Shown: positions 46,871 to 55,502 of the stretch, in pieces
Numbering within the stretch: the stretch's first letter is position 1
Layout of the letters: the number at the start of each line of letters is the position of its first letter
From: an uncultured Bacteroidales bacterium
GTDB lineage: Bacteria > Bacteroidota > Bacteroidia > Bacteroidales > JAGOPY01
Direction of reading: 5' to 3'
Length of the DNA stretch: 64,000 bases
Assembly (NCBI GenBank): GCA_963787195.1
Contig: CAWBCI010000042.1
Span: 18,990 to 82,989 of the forward strand
The notes under the pieces: generated by a model
What the model was told of the DNA's origin: nothing
Databases searched by the model: none
What the model saw: the letters and a program-made list of their open reading frames with translations, nothing else
Translations under genes and position numbers: made by a program

Positions 46871-47938
46871 ATGAAAAAATTAATTTTCTTACTCTTTACT
46901 TTGGCAATTTTTGTCAGTGCAAACCAAACATTCGGACAAGCTGTCCCAGGTGACCCACCTCAAGCTGTTAACTGTACCAACGATGCAGCCCACCCAATTG
47001 CCGGTGTGCCTTATGATTACTCTGCAATAATAAGCCCTGCAGGAGGTAGCGCTTATTGGTATGCTACTACTTCTACCACGTTTATGACCGCTGGTGTTCG
47101 TCCGGTTGGTATCGAGGAGATTGCCGGTGGAGCTGTTGTTGCTGTTGGTAATAACTATATGGATAACACTACCGGTGATCTATCACCAACGACTACTACT
47201 ATCACATGGACAACAGAAGGTTTGGCGGCCAATACACCTGCCACTCCTGCTGATCCTCCTACACTTTTTGTGGCTCTTCAATATTCAGCAATGGCTGCTG
47301 GTTGTGCCAATAATGTTAAAGTTTATCCAGTTCGTCCTGTCAATGCATTTGTTGTCGATGTCATGAATATGACACCGGGTGCAACTCAAACTCCTTCAGG
47401 ATATGGTGTTGTGGAAACACAGTGTTTTGATAGTGTTCAATCAGCCGTATGGTCACCTACACCTGCACCTGATGGTGGAATGGTTTATGATTTCGGAACT
47501 AACTATTTGTACTATGAAATGGTAGCTGCAAATTTCACCCATGCATACCTGCCATCGTTCCAGATTTCTAACCTCGATGCAGTTCAAACAGCTGATTTAG
47601 ATTGGGGCTATACTATTGGTACATATGATCATCCTGTAACTGCTGGAGCCACCAACGGAATCTTTCCAAGTCCTGATAGTGTATTTACTACTGAGACAAA
47701 TACATCTGCCGGTGTATCTATTTATGTGAGGTTGACTGTTCATAATGTAAACTTTGAGGGTATAGGACAACTTACTGTTAATTTTGCTGTTGATGCACAA
47801 AATAGCGCTCAGCAGGATGATGTTGATAATGCAACCTGTCTTGTCAATGCAGCTTTTGCTGACAACATTAACCAGACTCTTGATCCGAGACCAGAAGTTA
47901 CAGAAGTTGCTCCTAACGTGTTCCTCCCAGTTAACTAA
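46871..47938 (+). CDS. Secreted 355-aa Thr/Ala/Pro-rich protein, unknown family
   Basis: Signal peptide MKKLIFLLFTLAIFVSANQTFGQ at ATG 46871; the longer ORF from 46772 is unlikely. Codon usage looks enriched in ggt/gct/gtt/act/cca. Confidence 0.6.
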   Translation: MKKLIFLLFTLAIFVSANQTFGQAVPGDPPQAVNCTNDAAHPIAGVPYDYSAIISPAGGSAYWYATTSTTFMTAGVRPVGIEEIAGGAVVAVGNNYMDNTTGDLSPTTTTITWTTEGLAANTPATPADPPTLFVALQYSAMAAGCANNVKVYPVRPVNAFVVDVMNMTPGATQTPSGYGVVETQCFDSVQSAVWSPTPAPDGGMVYDFGTNYLYYEMVAANFTHAYLPSFQISNLDAVQTADLDWGYTIGTYDHPVTAGATNGIFPSPDSVFTTETNTSAGVSIYVRLTVHNVNFEGIGQLTVNFAVDAQNSAQQDDVDNATCLVNAAFADNINQTLDPRPEVTEVAPNVFLPVN

Positions 47939-48324
47939 TCTGCAGGTATAGCAATGGGAACAGACCTTGCTTTTTCCTGACGGAAATGCAGCTTTTGGCA
48001 TAGCCATAAGTTTGCTGTAGTCTGCGTGATGCGGACCTGTAGTCAGAAAATGCAAAGATGTAGCCTGTTGAAAATAAATACCATGCAGCCCAGGAGCGCA
48101 TATAAACTGGTGCAGCCCATGTGGCTTGCCATAATGAGGCTGTCGGGACCACCATAATTTTGGTGGAAGGGGTTTATTATGCCCCGGGCTGAAGGAAATA
48201 ATTCACGCCGTTTTACGGCAATTAATCCTTCAGATTATGGAACATAGGAAAACGAGTCTTAGTGTCGTCCAAAATGCCACATGCTTAGCGCATGGCAGGG
48301 GCCTTGCCCTGGCTATGCCCTTTA

Positions 48325-48359
48325 CAGTCGTCGGTCGTCAGTCGTCAGTCGTCAGTCAG
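48325..48359 (+). repeat. Tandem heptamer array (CAGTCGT-like, 5 units)
   Basis: Read directly: CAGTCGT CGGTCGT CAGTCGT CAGTCGT CAGTCAG. Confidence 0.9.
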
Positions 48360-48559
48360 CCTTTTGATAAGGTGAGCTGGATGCGCCTGCAGCTGAGCTC
48401 CGACCTGGGACACAGTACCCTGCATGATGGCTTATCCTGTATTTTGTTTAAACCAAACACTATAAGACAATGAATTGATGCAACTTATAATTATTCACAG
48501 ACACGGGCAGTGTCGTGGCCGTCCACCAACGGGCACAAATAACAGAGAGGGACCGGGGA

Positions 48560-48622
48560 CAGTCGTCAGTCGACAGTCGTCAGTCGGCAGTCAACAGTCG
48601 TCAGTCGGCAGTTGGCAGTCAG
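48560..48622 (+). repeat. Tandem heptamer array (CAGTCGT-like, 9 units)
   Basis: Read directly: CAGTCGT CAGTCGA CAGTCGT CAGTCGG CAGTCAA CAGTCGT CAGTCGG CAGTTGG CAGTCAG. Confidence 0.9.
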
Positions 48623-49218
48623 ATGATGGCTGTTGCAGGTCGGATCTGATCCGCCAGCGAATAGGATTCCGGCGAAGGGAACCAGTGTTGCCCCTTATTG
48701 CTCTCAGTGCCCTGGTAAAAATGCTACGATCGCACGATCCAGGAAGTATTAATTCCTTTATCGTATACCGAAAAAATGTTTTCAAAAATTCTCTCGCGAG
48801 GGACTGGCCCACTTATACCTGTTCGGTAAGCAATAACATCAAACAGAACAGGGATAACGACAGATGGAGCACCACCACGGATTTGACGGAAAACGTCGAA
48901 GCGGGAGAGCTATGTCCTGTTGTGAAACCATTTAAGTTGCTGTGTGAGATGCCGGTTGTGGCACAATGCTTAAACACCTGTGAGACTATCTCATCAGGCA
49001 AAATCATACCTTATTATATAATAGTTAAAAACTAAAAAAGAAAAACAAAACCGGGAGGAGACTCCTGAATAGAAATGAATTTAGTGAATAATATACAGAA
49101 CTCTAAATATAAAAATCAGGTTGCGGCCTGCCCGGAAGGCGTAAAACTTCCGGGTAAGCTGCCAACCTTATTAGAGCTGTATATAAGAACTAAAGGAATG
49201 AAAAATCGAAATAAATAA

Positions 49219-49905
49219 ATGATGAAACGGTCCATGCAAATAGTATTACGCCTCATACTGGTATTTATACCGGTAGTGATGGCTTTGGCGCAAGCCAGAG
49301 CTCAGGCTGATACTGTATATGCAGGACAGACTAGTATATGGTCGGTGGTGGAAGTTCCGGGTGATACTTATACCTGGGAACTTTATAATGATGTCACCGG
49401 CATCAACTTCGCAACCGATCCGGGCAATTGTCCGCTTGGGGAAGCTTATTTTGTAGGTGGTGTGAATACAGGCGCCAGCGTGGAAGTCATGTGGCAGGTT
49501 CCGGGCACTTATTTTATTAAGGTAAGGGCCAACAATTCATGCACCGACAATATCAAAGTGGGAAAGATAGTGGTCCTGGAATCCCAGTCAGTTGCAGTCT
49601 TCCTTGATCCGGAAGCTGTTTGTACGGGTGATACGGCCATGCTCACACTTGAAATAACCGGAGGTCTCGGGCCATGGGATGTCACCTTTACTGATGGTGA
49701 CAGTACCTGGACAATTGAAGGTATAACGACCAGTCCTCATACTTTCCAATTGATCCCGACACCAACAATACCGGGGACTTACTCTTATTGGGTCACTTCT
49801 GTCACCAGCGGAAACGGCTTTGTCAACAATACGCCTGGTAATCCGGTGGAACTGATCGTGAATCCAAAACCCGTCACTTCACCAATATATAATTATGCTC
49901 CATAA
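49219..49905 (+). CDS. Small secreted protein sharing an N-terminal domain with the next gene
   Basis: 228 aa; signal peptide ending ..ALAQARAQ. The ..G.TYTWELY....V.W.VPGTYFIKV....C.. pattern parallels residues ~30-110 of the 49919 protein. Confidence 0.6.
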   Translation: MMKRSMQIVLRLILVFIPVVMALAQARAQADTVYAGQTSIWSVVEVPGDTYTWELYNDVTGINFATDPGNCPLGEAYFVGGVNTGASVEVMWQVPGTYFIKVRANNSCTDNIKVGKIVVLESQSVAVFLDPEAVCTGDTAMLTLEITGGLGPWDVTFTDGDSTWTIEGITTSPHTFQLIPTPTIPGTYSYWVTSVTSGNGFVNNTPGNPVELIVNPKPVTSPIYNYAP

Positions 49906-49918
49906 ATTTGAATAAAAT

Positions 49919-52468
49919 ATGATGAACTGGTTCAGAAATATAGGTATTATGATCTTGCTGCTGCTCGCAGGAAGGATGTCCGCACAGGTTCCTGTGCTCG
50001 ACAGTCTTTGTGCCGGAGCTGAGCGCTTCTACCGCGTCGACGGTGAGATGGGATCAACCTACAGCTGGATCCTTACACCACCTGTAGGGCCGGATGAAAT
50101 CCTGCTTTCAGATGCAGATACCCTGCAGGTGATCTGGAACTATGCTCCGGGCATCTATGAACTGAAAGTCGTACAGCATTCCCTGAATGCCTGCGATGCA
50201 GATGCTGTATTCGGCCAGGTCATTATTTTTGAACAAGCAATTGTAGCTGCCGGTCCTGATGACCAGATCTGCCAGGGCAGCGCTTATCAGCTTGTGAATG
50301 CAAGCTCCGAATATACTAGTTCAGTACTTTGGACAAGCAGTGGTGATGGAACTTTCGATAACGACTCAAGCCTGTTTGCGACATACACCCCCGGACCAAA
50401 TGATATAATTGCCGGTACGGTAAATCTCACTATTACAGGTACAGGACTGGGTGTAAATGGTACCTGCGATCCCTCGGTTTCAACTATGATGCTTACAATC
50501 ATACCAGGGGTAACTGCCTATGCAGGTGCTGATGCTACTATATGTGAAGATGCAATCTATACAGTGAACGATGCAACGGCTGAATATGCCTTCAACCTAC
50601 AATGGACCCATAATGGACTCGGCACTTTGGCAAACGATACTACTATTGCCCCAACTTATACTCCTGCTTTTGGAGAGGCTGGCGTGGTGACCTTGTGGTT
50701 GACAGCTACATCTCAGGGTGGAGGTATTTGTCCGGATGCAACAGATTCCTTAGATATCACTATCACACAAGAAATCATGCCGCTGTTCAATGCCATAGGA
50801 CCACTTTGCCAGAATATTCCGGCGCCTGAACTGCCTGATACCTCATTTAATAATCCATCCATAACAGGAACCTGGGTGCCTCCATTCATAGATACATCCG
50901 TACCAGGTACTGTAAACTATGTATTCACCCCTGATGCAGGACAATGTTCTTCGACATATGAAATGGAAATAACAGTGACTTCTGAGATCACCCCGGTATT
51001 TGATACCATAGGGCCTCTATGTCAGAATACTACTGCTCCTGTGCTTCCGAATACATCCATCAATGGTGTTAGCGGATCATGGGTGCCTGCAATAATTGAC
51101 ACCAGCATACCCGGAACATTTACCTATATTTTCAGTCCTGATATTTCTCATCCATGCGCTCTTGAATACAGTATCGATATTACAATTGATCCGGAGATCA
51201 CTCCTGATTTTGACCAGATCGGGCCATTCTGTCTTAACAGCATTGCACCAGATCTTCCTGATACATCTTTAAGTGGAGTCACAGGAACATGGGATCCGGA
51301 TACGATCAACACCTCTGTCGCTGGTAATTTCAATTTTGAATTCACACCGGATGCAGGGCAGTGCGCACTTCCTGTTACAATAGAAATAGAAATAACAGAT
51401 GAAATAAGTCCGGATTTTGCCCAGATTGGTCCGCTTTGCCAGAACAGCATACCACCGGCTCTGCCCGATTCTTCTTTAAACGGTATTGCTGGCGTATGGA
51501 GCCCGGATACAATTAACACCTCTGTTGCAGGATATTTCATTTATGAATTTACACCTGACCCAGGGCAGTGTGCTCAATCTTTATCAATACAATTAGAGAT
51601 TAGCGAAAAGACAGCTCCGGAATTTACCGAGATTGGCCCGCTATGTATGTACAGCATTGCTCCTATTCTTCCTGACACATCTATCGAAGGCATTTCAGGA
51701 ACATGGGTTCCTGCGCTTATCAATACAGACATTGCCGGCACCTTCAGTTTTGAGTTCACTCCTGACAGTGGACAGTGCGCTTTGGATTACACTATGGAAA
51801 TAGAGATCAACTCATTGCCGGTTGTTTTTGCAGGAATTGATCAAATCATTCCTAACGGTACCAGTACCACCATTGGAGATGCAACTGCAACAGGCAACGG
51901 TACCCTGACTTATAGCTGGATGCCTGATACCCTCTTAGTCGATCCGACAGTTTTGAACCCAACGACTGTCAACCTTGGCGAAACCACTACATTCATTCTT
52001 ACAGTCAGTGACGAAAATGGATGTGAAAATAGTGATGAGATAACTATAAACATTACCGGAGGAGCTTTGGCCGTTAATCCTGTCGCTTCATCCGGTGAAA
52101 TTTGTGAAGGTGATAACATACAGTTCTATGCTTCTGCGAGCGGTGGCTCAGGTGACTATACCTATACATGGACATCGGATCCACCGGGCTACAGTTCGGA
52201 TGAAGAAAACCCGGTATTGATACCTACTATTGGTACGACCTATATTATTGAAGTCGGTGACGGATACAGTACCATACAAGACTCTATCAATATCATTATT
52301 CACCCATTACCGGTATTCGAATGCCCTACTTACGGACCTGTCTGCGAAGGCAGCAATATGATAATATTCGCCCAACAGGGTGTTTTCAAATATGAAAATA
52401 AAGTAATAAGTGAGTTCAATCCTGATACTTGCAGGCAACTATACCATTACTTATATAGAGACCAATGA
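49919..52468 (+). CDS. Large T9SS cargo protein, N-terminal segment (frame broken at about 52440)
   Basis: Signal peptide MMNWFRNIGIMILLLLAGRMSAQ. Six ~65-aa repeats (EI.P.F..IGPLCQN..AP.LPDTS..G..GTW.P..I.TS..G...Y.FTPD.GQC). Continues in frame 0 as ..FNPDT | LAGNYTITYIETNEFGCSDSC.. Confidence 0.75.
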   Translation: MMNWFRNIGIMILLLLAGRMSAQVPVLDSLCAGAERFYRVDGEMGSTYSWILTPPVGPDEILLSDADTLQVIWNYAPGIYELKVVQHSLNACDADAVFGQVIIFEQAIVAAGPDDQICQGSAYQLVNASSEYTSSVLWTSSGDGTFDNDSSLFATYTPGPNDIIAGTVNLTITGTGLGVNGTCDPSVSTMMLTIIPGVTAYAGADATICEDAIYTVNDATAEYAFNLQWTHNGLGTLANDTTIAPTYTPAFGEAGVVTLWLTATSQGGGICPDATDSLDITITQEIMPLFNAIGPLCQNIPAPELPDTSFNNPSITGTWVPPFIDTSVPGTVNYVFTPDAGQCSSTYEMEITVTSEITPVFDTIGPLCQNTTAPVLPNTSINGVSGSWVPAIIDTSIPGTFTYIFSPDISHPCALEYSIDITIDPEITPDFDQIGPFCLNSIAPDLPDTSLSGVTGTWDPDTINTSVAGNFNFEFTPDAGQCALPVTIEIEITDEISPDFAQIGPLCQNSIPPALPDSSLNGIAGVWSPDTINTSVAGYFIYEFTPDPGQCAQSLSIQLEISEKTAPEFTEIGPLCMYSIAPILPDTSIEGISGTWVPALINTDIAGTFSFEFTPDSGQCALDYTMEIEINSLPVVFAGIDQIIPNGTSTTIGDATATGNGTLTYSWMPDTLLVDPTVLNPTTVNLGETTTFILTVSDENGCENSDEITINITGGALAVNPVASSGEICEGDNIQFYASASGGSGDYTYTWTSDPPGYSSDEENPVLIPTIGTTYIIEVGDGYSTIQDSINIIIHPLPVFECPTYGPVCEGSNMIIFAQQGVFKYENKVISEFNPDTCRQLYHYLYRDQ

Positions 52469-53918
52469 ATTTGGATGTTCCGACTCCTGCCAATTTGTGA
52501 TCCTGGTGAATTCGCCACCAGTCGTATATGCAGGGGCCGATCAAACCATACTCAGCGGAAGCAGCACCACCATTGGTGATGCCACTGCATCGGGTAGCTT
52601 GCCGCTAACATATAGCTGGACTCCTGCCGGGCTCTTGCTTGATCCAACGGTTCTGAACCCAACTACAATAAACCTTGACGATACCACCACCTTTACTTTC
52701 ACGGTCACTGATGCCTATGGTTGTGAAAGCAGCGACGAAGTAATCATAAATGTCGAAACTGTCGTGGTTGACAGCCTGCATGCAATTACAGAATCCGATC
52801 AGCTTTGCCTTGGACATGATGCCAGCATTCCTATCAAAGTAAATAAATTCGTATCGGTTTCATCATTCAAGCTGACACTGAGTTATAATGTCGATAAGCT
52901 GACATGCGTGGGCTTCACTGACTTAATTGATGATCTGGACGACGGTTTTACAGCCACAATTGACACTGTTGCCGGTTTGATCACACTTGAGTGGAATTCC
53001 AATGTTCCGGTTACATTCCCATCTATACAATCTATCCTAAACCTGGTATTTGAAACAAAAGATTCCGGAGAGGGTCAATTGGAATGGTATACCAATGCCA
53101 CGGAAAGTTATTTCTACGACATGAATGGCAATCCTATTCCGGCTGACTTCTTTGCAGGAACGGTCGTAATTTATAGTCCTCCGGAAATCTTTATGGATAA
53201 TTCAAAGGATGTTTGTCTTGGGCAGCCTGTTGATATTAATGGCATAGCTCAGGGTGTAAATTGGCCTTTGACATATGAGTGGATTTATCCCAACGGCCTG
53301 GTCTATGCCGACCATCCGAATTTCGATAGTGTTACCTTTAACGATGCCGGAACCTATACACTGCTGGTTACCGACAGTCTGGGCTGCACCGACCAGAAAA
53401 GCATGACACTGAATGTTTACCAGAACCCGGTAGCCTTATTCCATGGGATTGATACCCTTGAAGTACAACCCGGGTATGTCCTGGAAGCCGGATCAGGCCT
53501 GGCCTCATATCTCTGGAATACTACAGAAACAACGGAGAGTATTACTATCCATTCGGAAGGCCGCTACACGGTTGAAATGACATCACTGGCCGGATGTACC
53601 GGTATAGATTCGGTATATATACTTCTCTCACTGAGATGCTTTGATATACCAAGCGCATTCTCCCCCAACGGTGACGGGATAAATGATATTTTCTTAGCCA
53701 AAACCATCTGTCCGATGAGGTATTTCCATATGCTGATATACAACCGCTGGGGAGAGAAATTATTTGAATCAAACAATATAGCCGATGGCTGGGATGGTAC
53801 CAAAAAAGGCCTTGCCTGCCCGGGAGATAGCTATGTATTCGTGGTTACTTATGAAATTGATGAAGCAGGAGTACATAAGAAGAATGTGGTAAAGGGTATA
53901 TTGATATTAGTGAAGTAA
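52410..53918 (+). CDS. Large T9SS cargo protein, C-terminal segment with type B (gliding motility-associated) C-terminal domain
   Basis: C-terminus CFDIPSAFSPNGDGINDIFL....YNRWGEKLFES......WDGT..G...P...YVF.. matches the CHU_C / T9SS type B sorting-domain pattern. Confidence 0.8.
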   Translation: MSSILILAGNYTITYIETNEFGCSDSCQFVILVNSPPVVYAGADQTILSGSSTTIGDATASGSLPLTYSWTPAGLLLDPTVLNPTTINLDDTTTFTFTVTDAYGCESSDEVIINVETVVVDSLHAITESDQLCLGHDASIPIKVNKFVSVSSFKLTLSYNVDKLTCVGFTDLIDDLDDGFTATIDTVAGLITLEWNSNVPVTFPSIQSILNLVFETKDSGEGQLEWYTNATESYFYDMNGNPIPADFFAGTVVIYSPPEIFMDNSKDVCLGQPVDINGIAQGVNWPLTYEWIYPNGLVYADHPNFDSVTFNDAGTYTLLVTDSLGCTDQKSMTLNVYQNPVALFHGIDTLEVQPGYVLEAGSGLASYLWNTTETTESITIHSEGRYTVEMTSLAGCTGIDSVYILLSLRCFDIPSAFSPNGDGINDIFLAKTICPMRYFHMLIYNRWGEKLFESNNIADGWDGTKKGLACPGDSYVFVVTYEIDEAGVHKKNVVKGILILVK

Positions 53919-53921
53919 AAA

Positions 53922-55064
53922 ATGAAAAAGGAAATAAGACATATAATCAATCATAATACGTTCATCATGAACACTACAAGATTTGCCACGTCTATACGGG
54001 ATACCGGCAGGCGTGATGCGGTAAGTGTCATCTCTGATAAGATGAACAGCCCTGACAAGCCTCATATTAATTGGGGATTTATCTTAGTCAGGTTGCTAAT
54101 TTTATTGGGTATCGTTATCCTGTTCAATATAAGCGGGAAGGCCCAGGATCAAGAATTTTCCCAGTTCTACGCCAATCCCCTCTACCTGAATCCGGCTCTT
54201 GCAGGAGCTGAAAATTATAACCGGGCAGTGGTCAATTACCGTAACCAATGGCCCGGCATGGGCAAAGGCTTTGTTACATATAATGCCTCTTATGACCAGG
54301 GCATAGATAAGCTCCATGGAGGAATAGGTGTATTATTGAATGTTGATAATGCCGGAAACGGCTTACTCACAACCACCCAGGCATCCCTGATTTATGCCTA
54401 TACCCTGAATATCTCCGACGTCACCTTTATTAATATGGCCATGCAGGGGACATTCTACCAGAGATCCTTAAACTGGGATATGTTACGCTTTGGCGACCAG
54501 ATTGACCTGCTTCAGAAATATGATCTGCCCACAGGAGAAACCCGACCGGTAAGCACCTCTATAATGACGCCGGATTTTTCAGCCGGAGTCGCCTTTGGCT
54601 GGAAAAGCGCTATTTACGGTGGGCTTGCCGTAAATCATCTGACTGAACCTAATTTGTCTTTCAGCGGTCAGAATAATAACCTGCCGATGAAAATCACCGG
54701 GCATTTTGGGGCGAATCTAAACCTGCAGGGAGGAAGTATGTTGTTCGACCCGGTATTTTATCTTTCAACCAATATCCTTTATCAACAGCAAGGCAATTTC
54801 CACCAGGTGAACCTCGGACTTTATTTCGTCCGCATTCCGATTGTTCTCGGGGCCTGGTTCAGGCATAACTTCGAAAATCCAGATGCTATCATTGCTCTGG
54901 CTGGAATAACCTATAAAAGCATTAAAATCGGCTATAGTTACGATATTACCATGTCACAGATCAAAAGCTATACCGGAGGGGCACATGAAATTTCTGTCGC
55001 ATGGCAGTTCAACTACAAAGAAAGGTTAAGGAGGATATATCGGTTAAATGCTCCTGGATTTTAA
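53922..55064 (+). CDS. PorP/SprF family T9SS membrane protein
   Basis: QDQEFSQFYANPLYLNPALAG near the mature N-terminus and ..TGGAHEISVAWQF.. near the C-terminus. It lies directly downstream of a type B CTD cargo. The likely start is the internal ATG at 54042. Confidence 0.85.
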   Translation: MKKEIRHIINHNTFIMNTTRFATSIRDTGRRDAVSVISDKMNSPDKPHINWGFILVRLLILLGIVILFNISGKAQDQEFSQFYANPLYLNPALAGAENYNRAVVNYRNQWPGMGKGFVTYNASYDQGIDKLHGGIGVLLNVDNAGNGLLTTTQASLIYAYTLNISDVTFINMAMQGTFYQRSLNWDMLRFGDQIDLLQKYDLPTGETRPVSTSIMTPDFSAGVAFGWKSAIYGGLAVNHLTEPNLSFSGQNNNLPMKITGHFGANLNLQGGSMLFDPVFYLSTNILYQQQGNFHQVNLGLYFVRIPIVLGAWFRHNFENPDAIIALAGITYKSIKIGYSYDITMSQIKSYTGGAHEISVAWQFNYKERLRRIYRLNAPGF

Positions 55065-55255
55065 ATCCTGAAAACTCTTGAAAATGAAGGTATAAATAAT
55101 TTGGAAATCCGGATAATGCCGGTCAATTTTATTGCCGGTTAAACGCCAGGTATGAATAAATCTACTATATCAGGTTTTAAATGTTCCTTTACCCAAAGAA
55201 CTTAGGGCTATGGATACCTTTTTAGAGAGACTGGGAAGATATAAAGACGCCGGGT
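55065..55255 (+). repeat. Repeat family R1, copy 1 (native flank downstream of intact porP/sprF)
   Basis: Shares ..CTGAAAACTC.TGAAAATGA.GGTATAAATAATTTGGAAATCCGGATAA.GCC.GT.AA.TTTATTG.C.GTTAA.C.CC.GGT.. with 58095-58265, 59300-59495 and 60347-60540. Confidence 0.8.
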
Positions 55256-55477
55256 AGCTATACTGAAACCTTAGCAACAAGGTTGAGGAGTGTAATAGAT
55301 ATAAAGATTATTCTAATAAAATTAACAAAGTGACTCTTGAAGTACCTTCTACTATTAGTAATTGTGATTATTAATGATTCTGGTGAAGCAACTATGGGTA
55401 ATAAAGACGATAATCATACTTTACATGCTTATAAACCGATAAACACTATTTATAGGTGATAGAACTTATAAAATTTC

Positions 55478-55485
55478 TATATTTG
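55478..55485 (+). promoter_or_regulatory. Candidate -7 box (TATATTTG) for satD-like gene
   Basis: Matches TAnnTTTG, 18 nt upstream of ATG 55503. Confidence 0.45.
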
Positions 55486-55502
55486 CTAGAAATAATACTA
55501 CT

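Noticed and set aside
48475-49035. 186-aa ORF, the longest in the 47.9-49.2 kb gap.
   Set aside because: It starts with TTG. Its first third is a translation of the CAGTCGT heptamer array (..VVSRQSSVGSQQSSVGSWQSDD..) and the rest has no protein-like pattern. I treat the region as non-coding.
47939-49218. A known housekeeping RNA (RNase P RNA, tmRNA, SRP RNA, 6S) hidden in the long gap.
   Set aside because: I could not find the RNase P P4 signature (GAAAGUCCGGGC-like), a tmRNA tag reading frame with a tRNA-like 3' end, or the SRP GGAA/AGCA motif. The question remains open only for novel RNAs.
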